DNA of 64,000 bases from Eledone cirrhosa (Eukaryota). This document shows, one piece after another, positions 1 through 14,325 of this stretch. Each line of letters opens with the position of its first letter. The first letter of the stretch is position 1. The position numbers were made by a program, and so were the translations under genes. The stretch is taken from assembly GCA_964016885.1 (NCBI GenBank), contig OZ024743.1, positions 260,462,001 through 260,526,000 on the forward strand, written 5' to 3'. The notes below the pieces were generated by a model. It did not search any database. It was not told the origin of the DNA and was given only the letters and a program-made list of their open reading frames with translations.

Positions 1-3000
1 AATACTAACAGATGGCCTGGTACTAAACAATACTAACAGATGACCTGGTACTAAACAATACTAACAGATGTCATGGTACTAAACAATACTAACAGATGAC
101 ATGGTACTAAACAATACTAACAGATGACCTGGTACTAAACAATACTAACAGATGACCTGGTACTAAACAATACGAACAGATGACCTGGTACTAAACAATA
201 CTAACAGATGGCCTGGTACTAAACAATACTAACAGATGACCTGGTACTAAACAATACTAACAGGTGGCCTGGTACTAAACAATACTAACAGATGACCTGG
301 TCCTAAACAATACTAACAGATGACCTGGTACTAAACAATACTAACAGATGGCCTGGTACTAAACAATACTAACAGATGACCTGGTACTAAACAATACTAA
401 CAGATGGCCTGGTACTAAACAATACTAACAGATGACCTGGTACTAAACAATACGAACAGATGACCTGGTACTAAACAATACTAACAGATGGCCTGGTACT
501 AAACAATACTAACAGATGACCTGGTACTAAACAATACTAACAGATGGCCTGGTACTAAACAATACTAACAGATGACCTGGTACTAAACAATACTAACAGA
601 TGGCCTGGTACTAAACAATACTAACAGATGGCCTGGTACTAAACAATACTAACAGATGACCTGGTACTAAACAATACTAACAGATGACATGGTACTAAAC
701 AATACTCACAGATGACATGGTACTAAACAATACTAACAGATGGATCGGTACTAAACAATACTAACAGATGACATTGTACTAAACAATACTAACAGATGAC
801 ATGGTACAAACAATACTAACAGATGACATGGTACTAAACAGTACTAACAGATGACATGGAACTAAACAATACTAACAGATGAGATGGTACTAAACAATAC
901 TAACAGGTGGCCTGGTACTAAACAATACTAACAGATGACATGGTACTAAACAATACTAACAGATGAGCTCGTAGTAAACAATACTAACAGATGACATGGT
1001 ACTAAACAATACTAACAAATATGACATGGTACTAAACAATACTAACAGATGGCCTGGTACTAAGCAATACTAACAGATGACCTGGTACTAAACAATACTA
1101 ACAGATGGCCTGGTACTAAACAATACTAACAGATGACATGGTACTAAACAATACTAACAGATGAGCTCGTAGTAAACAATACTAACAGATGACATGGTAC
1201 TAAACAATACTAACAAATATGACATGGTACTAAACAATACTAACAGATGACATTGTACTAAACAATACTAACAGATGAGATGGTACTAAACAATACTAAC
1301 AGATGGATCGGTACTAAACAATACTAACAGATGGCCTGGTACTAAACAATACTGACAGATGACATGGTACTAAACAATACTAACAGATGACCTGGTACTA
1401 AACAATACTAACAGATGACCTGGTACTAAACAATACTAACAGATGGCCTGGTACTAAACAATACTAACAGATGGCCTGGTACTAAACAATACTAACAGAT
1501 GACATGGTACTAAACAATACTAACAGATGACCGGGTACTAAACAATACTAACAGATAGCCTGGTACTAAACAATACTAACAGATGACATGGTACTAAACA
1601 ATACTAACAGATGGCCTGGTACTAAACAATACTAACAGATGGCCTGGTACTAAACAATACTAACAGATGACCTGGTACTAAACAATACTAACAGATGGCC
1701 TGGTACTAAACAATACTAACAGATGATCTGGTACTAAACAATGCTAACAGATGACATTGTACTAAACAATACTAACAGATGAGATGGTACTAAACAATAC
1801 TAACAGATGGATCGGTACTAAACAATACTAACAGATGGCCTGGTACTAAACAATACTAACAGATGACATGGTACTAAACAATACTAACAGATGACCTGGT
1901 ACTAAACAATACTAACAGATGACCTGGTACTAAACAATACTAACAGATGACATGGTACTAAACAATACTCACAGATGACCTGGTACTAAACAATACTAAC
2001 AGATGACCTGGTACTAAACAATACTAACTGACGACGTGGTACTAAACAATACTAATAGATGACATGGTACTAAACAATACTAACAGATGACCTGGTACTA
2101 AACAATACTAACAGATGACCTGTTACTAAACAATACGAACAGATGACCTGGTACTAAACAATACTAACAGATGGCCTGGTACTAAACAATACTAACAGAT
2201 GACCTGGTACTAAACAATACTAACAGATTGCCTGGTACTAAACAATACTAACAGATGACCTGGTCCTAAACAATACGAACAGATGACCTGGTACTAAACA
2301 ATACTAACAGATGACCTGGTACTAAACAATACTAACAGATGGCCTGGTACTAAACAATACTAACAGATGACCTGGTCCTAAACAATACGAACAGATGACC
2401 TGGTACTAAACAATACTAACAGATGGCCTGGTACTAAACAATACTAACAGATGACCTGGTACTAAACAATACTAACAGATGGCCTGGTACTAAACAATAC
2501 TAACAGATGACCTGGTACTAAACAATACGAACAGATGACCTGGTACTAAACAATACTAACGGATGGCCTGGTACTAAACAATAGTAACAGATGACCTGGT
2601 ACTAAACAATACTAACAGATGACCTGGTACTAAACAATACTAACAGATGACATGGTACTAAACAATACTCACAGATGACCTGGTACTAAACAATACGAAC
2701 AGATGACCTGGTACTAAACAATACTAACAGATGGCCTGGTACTAAACAATACTAACAGATGACCTGGTACTAAACAATACTAACAGATGTCATGGTACTA
2801 AACAATACTAACAGATGACATGGTACTAAACAATACTAACAGATGACCTGGTACTAAACAATACTAACAGATGACCTGGTACTAAACAATACGAACAGAT
2901 GACCTGGTACTAAACAATACTAACAGATGGCCTGGTACTAAACAATACTAACAGATGACCTGGTACTAAACAATACTAACAGGTGGCCTGGTACTAAACA

Positions 3001-3955
3001 ATACTAACAGATGACCTGGTCCTAAACAATACTAACAGATGACCTGGTACTAAACAATACTAACAGATGGCCTGGTACTAAACAATACTAACAGATGACC
3101 TGGTACTAAACAATACTAACAGATGGCCTGGTACTAAACAATACTAACAGATGACCTGGTACTAAACAATACGAACAGATGACCTGGTACTAAACAATAC
3201 TAACAAATGGCCTGGTACTAAACAATACTAACAGATGACCTGGTACTAAACAATACTAACAGATGGCCTGGTACTAAACAATACTAACAGATGACCTGGT
3301 ACTAAACAATACGAACAGATGACCTGGTACTAAACAATACTAACAGATGACCTGGTACTAAACAATACGAACAGATGGCCTGGTACTAAACAATACTAAC
3401 AGATGACCTGGTACTAAACAATACTAACAGATGACCTGGTACTAAACAATACTAACAGATGACATGGTATTAAACAATACTCAGATGACATGGTACTAAA
3501 CAATACTAACAGATGGCCTGGTACTAAACAATACTAACAGATGGCCTGGTACTAAACAATAGTAACAGATGACCTGGTACTAAACAATACTAACAGATGA
3601 CATGGTACTAAACAATACTCACAGATGACATGGTACTAAACAATACTAACAGATGGATCGGTACTAAACAATACTAACAGATGACATGGTACTAAACAAT
3701 ACTAACCGATGGCCTGGTACTAAACAATACTAACAGATGACCTGGTACTAAACAATACTAACAGATGACCTGGTACTAAACAATACTAACTGATGACTTG
3801 GTACTAAACAAAACTAACAGATGACCTGGTCCTAAACAATACTAACAGATGACCTGGTACTAAACAATACTAACAGATGACATGGTACTAAACAATACTA
3901 ACAGATGACCTGGTACTAAACACCAGTACTAACATATGATCTGTTACTAAACATT
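1..3955. repeat. 28-bp minisatellite array (~140 units), consensus AATACTAACAGATGACCTGGTACTAAAC; runs off the window start
   Basis: Unit restarts at 1, 29, 57...; variation concentrated in the GATG-NNN-TGG segment; decays at ~3921-3955. Confidence 0.97.
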
Positions 3956-4035
3956 AACAATAATCCAACTAATATGTCTTTGAGCTTACGTTGGTAATAA
4001 TTGTTGTTCAGTTTAATAAAAAATAAAATGTACTT

Positions 4036-4575
4036 CTCATACCTATGTATGTTTAACTAGCCTACTATGAGGTTGAATATAGGGTGTTTTAATGATAGGG
4101 ATCCTGTTATATCATGTTATTGATACAGCTCACACCTATGTTGGTTTAACTAGCCTACTATGAGGTTGAATATAGGGTGTTTTAATGATAGGGATCCTGT
4201 TATATCATGTTATTGATACAGCTCACACCTATGTTGGTTTAACTAGCCTACTATGAGTTTGTATATATGGTTTTTTTAATGACAGAGGGCCTAGTCCTAT
4301 CATGCTGTTGTTGCTACAGCTCATACCTCTGTAGCTTCAACTGACCTCATAAGTAGTTATATTTCATTGAGGATTTCTTTGATGCTTAAATAACAGTGCT
4401 TTTTTTAATGTTTTAATGTATCTAATAGGAGGCCCCTTGGATGTTTTAATGATGAAACCCACAACCCTATCACGAACAGCAACGTGAAATGAAGGGTCTG
4501 GATTATCGAGCCGTCGAGTCCAGTATTCGAACCCACAACCTTATAGTTGTGAGTCCAACATCCTAACAACTAGTA
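4036..4575 (-). mobile_element. tRNA-derived SINE with a tandemly amplified 93-bp tail
   Basis: Minus strand has a B-box-like GGTTCGAATAC (~4523-4533) and TTCATTTCACGTTGCT core. ACAGCTCACACCTATG recurs at 4125 and 4218 (period 93). The same tail occurs once at 29307-29446. Confidence 0.6.
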
Positions 4576-4607
4576 GTGTGGTGAAAGCTACTGGTGTCTG
4601 AAATATT

Positions 4608-5703
4608 GGTGGTGGTGGTGGTGGTGGTAGTAGTAATGGTAGTAGTAGTAGTAGCAGTAGCAGCAGCAGCAGCAGCAGCAGTGGCAGCAGTAGTTATTAT
4701 TGTTGGTGTTAGTGACAGTGATACAGTGCTACTGTTGCTGTCGTTGTTGCTGTGAATTTTTGCAATATAAAATATGGTGAAAGATTTTTATAGGGTTCAT
4801 ATTGTTGGTGATCCTTAAGGTTAGAAGATTAAGTGAATGCAGACAGACAGACATGTCTTTTCGTGGTTTGCATTGCTTGTTTTTTTCATTTTTTTTTCTT
4901 GTTGTTGGGATTGTGGTTGTTGCTTTTTATTTTCACATTATTTTTTTACAATTTTTTCTCTTTTTCTCTTCATTATTATTTCCTCTTCATTTCATTTCTA
5001 ATTCTATTTAGTTTGTATTTTATTTTATTATATTTTATTTAATATGTATTGCGATCCATTATCATTTGCTAACGTTACATCAATCATTTTTAAACGACAG
5101 TCTGAAATGGTGAAATGATTTTCCTTTTTATTTTTATTTTCTGTAAGGAAGCCATGCAGCATCAGCGATTCTATAGCTGTATGGCCGTTCTGAAGGAAAC
5201 AGGGGAGGAAGTTTGAAGTTCACAGATGGATGTCTAAACTTTGTGGTGAAGATAACAAAAGCAAGAATAATCAGGTTGAAACAATCAATGAAATCACAAC
5301 AGTAACAACAACAATAACAGCAACAACAGCAAAACAACTGCCACAACAAAATATATTTACGAATGAAACAAAAACAAAATAGAGGTTTTGCGTAAACGTT
5401 AGTGTAGGGGTTTCTGTATATGTGTGTTGTGAGTATGTGCTATAATGTATGTGTATAATGCGTATGGGTTTGCGTGTAGTGCATTTGGGTTTCACTATAT
5501 GCATATGCTTCAATCTCTCTCTCTTTCTCTCTTTCTCTCTTTCTCTCTCTCTTCCTTTCTCTTCCAGCATGTGTGGGTAAGTGATGGTGTGTATATGTGT
5601 CTCTGTATATGTGTGTTTGTGTGTATGTATATCTCTCTCTTTCTCTCTCTTTCTCACTATCTCACTCTCTCTCACTTTCTCACTCTCCATCTCCATGTTC
5701 TTG

Positions 5704-5745
<42 letters not shown>

Positions 5746-5774
5746 CATGGGTGTGTGTATGTGCATGTGTGTGT

Positions 5775-5854
<80 letters not shown>

Positions 5855-7546
5855 TTATATTCGAACTTCATGCTAGGACAACTTCGAATGACAGAGTAAA
5901 AGGCAGAAATAGTAATAAATAAAGATATAGAAAAAAACAGATCCAGATTGATAGAGCAAGAGAGAGAGAGAGAGGTAGGAAAGGGAGGGGGAGATAGGGA
6001 CAGATAGACAGACAGGCAGGAGAGGATGGAAGGGAGGGGGGAGTGGGAGATGAGAAAGTGAGACAGAGAGAAGGAAGAAATATAGCTAAGAAATTGAGAA
6101 AGAGAGTGTGTAAAGATAGAGGGAGTGAGTAATAGTTGATAAAGTGGGGAGGGGGGGGAGAAAGTGAACGGGAGAGGGTGTAAAGAAAGTGGGTGAGGGT
6201 AATAGTTGAGAAAGTGAGAAAGAGGGGGAGAGAGTGATAGCTGAGAAAGTGGGAGGGAGAGAGAGAGAGAGAGAGAGAATGGGAGCTAAGAAAGTTGGAG
6301 GGAGAGGAAAGAGAGAGGGAGTTGAGAAAGTAGGAGAGAGGAAAGAGAGAGGGAGTTGAGAAAGTAGGAGAGAGGAAAGAGAGTGGGGGAGAAAGTGAAA
6401 GGGAGAAGGTGTAAAGAAAGAGGGAGAGCGAGAAAGGGGGAGAGAGAGAAATTGATGGTTGAGAATTTAACCATAGACTGACAAAAGAAAAACCCCACAA
6501 AATACGAGAAAAATGAATGTAAATGAAAAGAGTAAAAAGGATAAATTATGAAATATGTTGAAGGCACCAACGAGAAAGTCTTTAATGACGTTGACATGTA
6601 TAACAATTACTGTTTCATTAATAAACAGGACAAATGGTGATTAACTAATTTGGAGATGGTATTACTGGTGGTGGTGGTGGTGGTGGCGGTGGTAGTGGTG
6701 GTGGCGATGTTGGTATTGTTGGTGGTGGTAGTGGTGGTAGTGGTGATGTTGGTATTACTGGTGGTGGTAGTGGTGGTGGTGGTGGTCATATTACTGGTGA
6801 TGGTGGTGTTACTGGCGGTGATAGTGGTGGTAGTGGTGGTGGTGGTGGTGATGGTGGTGGTATTACTGGTGGTGGTAGTGGTGGTGGTGGTATTACTTGT
6901 GGTGGTGTTACTGGTGGTGATAGTGGTGGTAGTGGTGATCGTGGTGGTGGTGGTGTTATCACTGGTGGTGGTAGTGGTGGTGTTACTGGTGGTGGTAGTG
7001 GTGGTCGTGGTGGTATTGGTGATACTTTTGGTGTTGGTAGTGGTGGTAGTGGTGGTTGTGGTGGTGGTGGTGGTATTGGTGGTATATTGGTGGTGGTAGT
7101 GGTGGTAGTGATATTTGTAGTAATATTCGTGGTAGGGGTAAAGCTGGTGCTATTGGTTGTGGTGGTGGTAGTAAAGGCAGTGGTACTGGTGGTGGTGATA
7201 TTGGTAATTGTAGTGACGGTAGTTTGATGGTGACGGTGGTGGTGGCGATGGTGGTGGTAGTGGTGGTGGTACTGGTCATTGTGGTGATAGTTACATGTCT
7301 TTCAATTTCGGACGCTTATTTCGCTGGTTCATTTTCTATATCCTATTTTATTGCATTTTTGTAGTGAGGTGGGGTGTCTGGTCTCTTCAATAATTGTCAT
7401 TAATAATATTCAAGTTAGGAATGTAATATGTTTTACAAGAAGAAGAAGAAGAAGAAGAAGAAGCTTATAATTGCTAATAATTAAATAGTTTATGCTTTTT
7501 TGCCTTCATTATTTTTTCTTTGCCCCCCCCCCTCTCTCTCTCTATG

Positions 7547-7591
<45 letters not shown>

Positions 7592-7599
7592 GTATAAAT

Positions 7600-7630
<31 letters not shown>

Positions 7631-7829
7631 AATGTATATATATATATATATAAAAAATGCGTACTTCGTCGAGTGCTCCAATGTGCATACTGAGGTGTCG
7701 GTAAACAACCAACCAATACTCAATATATATATATATATATATCTATATATATATATATATATTCAGTATATATATATATATCTGTATCTATATATATAAA
7801 TATATATAGAGAGAGAGGGAGAGGGGGGT

Positions 7830-7904
<75 letters not shown>

Positions 7905-8680
7905 GACCCACTCGACTGTATATTTTGATTAAAAAGACATATGAAACAAAATATGTCTTGAAAATCATGTGTGGCCTGAGAAATTACACATCACAATGAC
8001 AGGTGTATGCAAACCTTCATACAGATACATGTATACACATACATGTATACATGCACCTACATGCATGCATATATATACACATACATGCATACACCTACAC
8101 GCATGCATATATACGCATACGTATATATGCTTATACATACATGCATACACATGCATGTCTACACTTACATGCATAATCATGCATGCATTCACATACATAT
8201 ATAATCATACATTCATACACATATATGCATACACATACATGCATATACATACATATATAATCATACATTCATACACATATATGCATACACATACATGCAT
8301 ATACATACATATATAATCATACATTCATACACATATATGCATACACATACATACATATATATATATGTTTAATCATACGTGCATACACATAGATACATAG
8401 ACATACATACATACTTATACATGCATAATTGTAAGTGCATACACATACAAGCATACGCATAAATGCATACACATCCATACATATATATGTATAGACATAC
8501 ATGCTAACACAAACAGGTGTGCATATACTTTCTTACATATGCAGGCATACTCGTACATGCTTACATGTACAGTGATGCACATATGATTTTACATATACAT
8601 GCGTACACATACATGCTCACACATACACCCTTATACAAGCATACATATACATGTAAGCACATACATGCATACAAATACAT
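4608..8680. repeat. Microsatellite and low-complexity zone: (GGT)n, (AGC)n, (CT)n, (TG)n, GA-rich, (TA)n, CATA-type
   Basis: Directly visible; explains the poly-V, poly-T, IY and CV ORFs in the track. Confidence 0.93.
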
Positions 8681-8683
8681 GCT

Positions 8684-9129
<446 letters not shown>

Positions 9130-9164
9130 AAAGAACACAAGAGCGTCTACAACATCAACAGATT

Positions 9165-9224
9165 TTTTATTGGCTTACAATGTTTCTTCTTTACGTAACC
9201 GTAGGATTCTTCAGAGCTATAAAA
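9165..9224 (-). ncRNA. Type I hammerhead ribozyme near the PLE 3' end
   Basis: Reverse complement of 13901-13960; lies on the element sense strand ~45 nt from the (TA)n junction. Confidence 0.75.
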
Positions 9225-11317
9225 GGGGTTTGATTGGTGTTATGGACTCTACCAACCAAACGTTCAAGAACAAAGAGTAAAGAGCAAAAGCATGGGACGA
9301 TAAGTCTAATTTTGGTGCGGGAGGGTGGGGTGTGTGTCCTTGTTTACTAGCTGTGGTCATATTCATTCCCGGGAGTCGAGTGGTTAGTGGAGCCATAGAT
9401 GGGGTGGCGTCGATAGTAGGGTGCAGAGGGTGTTCAGAGGCTACACACACACAAAGGGCATACAATATATATATAACGGAGGAGAAAGTACATGAGGTAA
9501 TTAGAAATGGAATAAGAGTAATAATAATAATCTATAATTAATAATGTATAATAAGGCATGGGGAAGATTACACTATAATAAGGTATAAAAGTAAGAATAA
9601 GGTAAAATATAAAGGAGGATAAGAGTGAAAATAAGAATAAAGATAAAAAAATACATATATAAAAAATATATAGAGAATATATAAAAAAAATATAAGCAAG
9701 TATTAGAAGGGAAAAACACAATGTAAAAAAAACGATTTTGTCAAATAAAAATATTATAAATATGGGGGGGAGAAAACGGGATAGAGAAATATAATCAAAT
9801 GTGATTAGTTGAGAGAATATAAGATGATAATAGTTATATCAAGTTTATACATCTTAATAATAAATAATCTGTATATCAGAGTTACACATCCTTCAATTCA
9901 CTTGCAAGTTCAACCCACGTGGCATAGTCCATTGCTCATCTGTGCGGTCGTGTGCGTTTGTGTTTGACACCACAGCAGATGCACAAGTTCATAAATTCAA
10001 TGCAGATAGAAATCTATTTTTGCTCACCCAGATATTGACGGAGGATCCAATATTCCTAGTTCACTGCCGACCCAATATGTGTGTGGTGTTATTTTGGTCG
10101 CACAAATCAATCACTTGGTTCAATATTATGGAGTATGGTTTTCTGGTCTTCGTTACACTATCAGTGGTTGTATATCTCGAAATCACAAGGATCACAGTAC
10201 TCCGGTTTGGTGTGATTATCGGTCATCCAACTATGTTGTCGGTGGTTGGATTCAATTCTATTGCCCAGAACGTAGAACTTTGGTGTTGATTGAACATTAA
10301 CGAGGCAGAGTGAGATCGCATCTGTGGTACAAAACGGTAGGCAAGGAAATTCTTCGTCTTCGTTTCATCCGGGTCTAGCAGTCACGTGCAAGAACCGCTA
10401 CGTAGTAATTTTGAGGGTAAGCGGTCAAGATAGTAACTGACCGAAAATTTTCTTGGGAATTCAGACAGGCATGACAGGTACATTTAGGTCAGCAGTTTCT
10501 TCATGTGTACGTGTGTCCGATACACACAGACACATATTTATATGTATTTCAACTCAAAAAATTCAGTTGATTCGCTTATTGATATTATATCTCTGTTGCT
10601 CCGATGTGCATGTTGTGATGTTCTGGTCGTGTTTACCATTCACTGTGTTTTGCCATTACCTTGGAATGTGATGTTTTGGTCATCAATAGTCCGGCAAGCG
10701 CATTCCTCTCTTATATTGTGGAGAATGGTGTTCTGGTCCTCAGTAAACATTTGGGTCAGCAGGAGGGGTGGTGGTTCTCAGTTTTAACTGCGACAATACA
10801 TATGTGTTACTCTACATATCGTGCTCCTCTCAAAGAAGAGTATTATAGGAGGAATTCATGCCAAACACCACATATAGAGAAGACTTCTACAGAAAAAATA
10901 TATATACATACACACATATATACATATCATACACACACATACACATATATACACATATACTTACATATATATACATATATCATATATACACACACATACA
11001 ATATATATGTATATAATATACATATATATATATATATACAATACATATGTATACAATATACATATATATGCATGTATGCATGTACACACGCACATATATA
11101 TACATACATATGTGTGTGTGTATGTGTGTGTGAGAGAAAAGGAGAATACACACACACACACAAACACACACTCACACACACACACAGACACAAACACAAA
11201 CCTTGTAGGGGACTGTTCCACTCATAGGCTACCTATCTATCTGGGTTATGGGTTGGGGGGGAAGTTATAGTCAAGGACGGGTATGTCTAGGTGGGGGTTG
11301 CGTAATATATGTTACGT

Positions 11318-13380
11318 CTATGTGCTAGGTTTAAAATAGAAGAAGGAACTCAGGATTTTGTGTTGACAAGAGGAGAAAATTTCCGATTTCCTGTTAAGCA
11401 GGTTCAGTTTAGAGTGTATTATGGCATGGCATTCCAGTAAACACAGGTCACAACTCCCGCTCTGCGTTCGGTATGGCGTGGATCTAGTAAGCTTCCTCCA
11501 AAAAGTTTGTTTGGGGTATTATTATTTTTTAAAAAGGAGATGTATCCCGCCAGTGATGTGGCATTCTTATGTCTATCGTGCACATATGCGCGTTATATCT
11601 AGTTTTAAATGTATTGGACGTTGATCCTATATATGTTTTGGTAGAGTTGTGTGTGGTTACATCACATGCATATACGATGTTTTTCATGAGGCAGGCCCCC
11701 CTTAGGGGACAGTTACTACTCTGCCTACAATTGCAACTGCGAGTTCGATCAGTTAGCGTACCTCCTGAACTTTGGTTACTAGCATTATCACTAGGTGCCT
11801 CTATATCATTAGATGGCTCAGTGATGCTATTATGTTGCCTATTTTCCAGTGTAGTCGGTTGCTGGTGGTTAACTGCCATTTTAATTGTTTCGAAACCTTC
11901 CCTAGTTTTCCTAATGTTCGTGCGTGCTAGGTGTGATGCGAGGTTAGGTGTGGTCGAATAGGATAATTTAATCACGTTTTTGTTAATTATGTTGCGATAT
12001 CTATTGCCTGGTGGGAAGTCTTTTTCTAATAATGAGAAGAATACTCTGGGGAGGTTAGTGAGGACCTCAGAGTTAAAAGGTGGGTTAAAATACATGTTTT
12101 TCCTTCTTCTATTTTTCTTATCTGTGGGGGTGAGTCTCATTACTGTGCGTACTATTTTGTAGGGTTCCGTTATTAACGTTAGTGGCGTTGTCTGTTTTGC
12201 TTATGCCCGGATGGTTTATATTCATGGCATGATCATTTGCTGCTTTAGAGTTGTGGTGAGGGACTCTAATATTGTCTCTACGTGGTTTACATTTAGCTGG
12301 GTTACCGCCATTAGGGTTCTTACTATTATTCTTGCCTCTACGTTGGTTAGGCTTTGTGGCCATACTATGTGTGATTATGTTGGTAGGTTTCACACTCATG
12401 GTTTGGGAGTCCTTATGTATATATGATAATCTATTCCCGTAACCAGATTCTGCTAGGGCCTTGTCATAATACTATGCATTGGAGTTGAAGATACTCTCAT
12501 TACAGGATAGTCTGCTAATTCTATTAGAGACCCCCTTGGGAATAGCGTTTAGGACTGATTTGGGGTGGTTGGAGCTGGCGTTTACATATGTTAGTCTATC
12601 ATTAGGTTTGTGGTAGGGTGCAAATGTTTTAGTTTCTAGGTCAAGCGTGGCGTCTAGGAGGTTTACTGTTTTGTCATTTGCATCTATGGTAATATTTAGA
12701 TTAAAGCTTTTAAAGAACCTACGTAACTGTTTCCTAGTTCTTTCTATATTGCACTTTTTATACTCGAGAGTGAAGAGGGCGTCGTCACGATATAAGCCGC
12801 CCTTCAGGTGCGGTAATGTCTCATGTAACTCCTTTAAGAGGTACAATCCTACCAGGTCCGTTACTTGTGCAGAGTCACTAGATCCCATTGTGATGTCGAA
12901 GTTATTGAGCGTATTCTTGCGGGTCCACAATGCGTCCTCAAATGTGATTATCGTTTTCCGGGCCGCAAGAATGACATCAATTTGGGACCTAGTGAGGTCA
13001 CTTTTCTGCATGGCCATGATTAGGGCCTTATTAAGGAGTATGGGGGAGATTGAGGTGTAGTACGCATCGATGTCGAACTGTATACATTTAAGGGATTTAT
13101 GGTTGCTAAGGCTTGAGAACCATTTCAAAACCTCTTCCGTATTCTCCCATAGCTCTAGATTTATTTTCCTCCTGATGATAGGTATAACGCCGTCTAAAAT
13201 TTTCTTACTGATAATCCCTATATCTGACTTCGATGGGCTAATTAATCTAACAGAGGGTTTACTAATGAAGTCAGCCTTATGGTCTTTAAGGGTGAACCTG
13301 GGTTGCCTAGGGGTATATGGTTGGGTATACTTTTCCAGGCCTAGTTTATCCACTATGGCGCATGCTTCCTTATTAATTTC
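11318..13380 (-). pseudogene. PLE reverse transcriptase + GIY-YIG endonuclease, disrupted (TAG at 12472 and several frameshifts)
   Basis: Motifs TLKDHK...VRLISPSKSDIG, FDIDAYYTSI, ITMGS, YRDD, YHKP, SNHP, YFNPPF, CNCR-x4-CPL-x-G-x-CL, IVY...TYIGST...FKTRYNAH. The C-terminus CDLCLLE...LLNRKSEI..SCQH, read manually, stops at 11318. Confidence 0.92.
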
Positions 13381-13900
13381 ATCTAAATGTACCTGTCATG
13401 CCTGTCTGAATTCCCAAGAAAATTTTCGCTTATATTTTTTTTATATATTCTCTATATATTTTTTATATATATTTTTTTTTATCTTTATTCTTATTTTCAC
13501 TCTTATCCTCCTTTATATTTTACCTTATTCTTACTTTTATACCTTATTATAGTGTAATCTTCCCCATGCCTTATTATACATTATTAATTATAGATTATTA
13601 TTATTACTCTTATTCCATTTCTAATTACCTCATGTACTTTCTCCTCCGTTATATATATATTGTATGCCCTTTGTGTGTGTGTAGCCTATGAACACCCTCT
13701 GCACCCTACTATCGACGCCATCCCATCTATGGCTCCACTAACCACTCGACTCCCGGGAATGAATATGACCACAGCTAGTAAACAAGGACACACACCCCAC
13801 CCTCCCGCACCAAAATTAGACTTATCGTCCCCTGCTTTTGCTCTTTACTCTTTGTTCTTGAACGTTTGGTTGGTAAAGTCCATAACACCAATCAAACCCC

Positions 13901-13960
13901 TTTTATAGCTCTGAAGAATCCTACGGTTACGTAAAGAAGAAACATTGTAAGCCAATAAAA
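13901..13960 (+). ncRNA. Type I hammerhead ribozyme in the inverted PLE terminal repeat
   Basis: GCT-CTGAAGA-[stem II TACG/GTTA/CGTA]-GAAA-CATT-GTA|AGC. Stem I is GCT/AGC, extended by TTTTAT/ATAAAA. Confidence 0.75.
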
Positions 13961-14096
13961 AATCTGTTGATGTTGTAGACGCTCTTGTGTTCTTTATCAT
14001 ATATACGGCTCTGCTCCAAAGCATAGAGCTAATTATTATGCTGCCAATATCTTAATGGGACACGGGTATACAATACCTAACTCCTATTAACCTAAG

Positions 14097-14137
<41 letters not shown>

Positions 14138-14146
14138 ATGTATATA

Positions 14147-14235
<89 letters not shown>

Positions 14236-14325
14236 GAGTTAAACAAGATTCAATGAGTACATCAAAAAATGACTTTTACAGTAGATTGGAAGCACTCTAC
14301 AGTAAACATTTTTCCAGAGTTATTA

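Noticed and set aside
1-3921. CRISPR-like array
   Set aside because: Contiguous 28-bp units with only a few variable bases, no unique spacers, no cas genes, eukaryotic context.
11318-13380. Selenocysteine recoding as reported for some Naiad PLEs
   Set aside because: The in-frame stop seen is TAG (12472) and the conserved cysteines I could read use TGY codons; the 53-kb copy has TAA and a frameshift.
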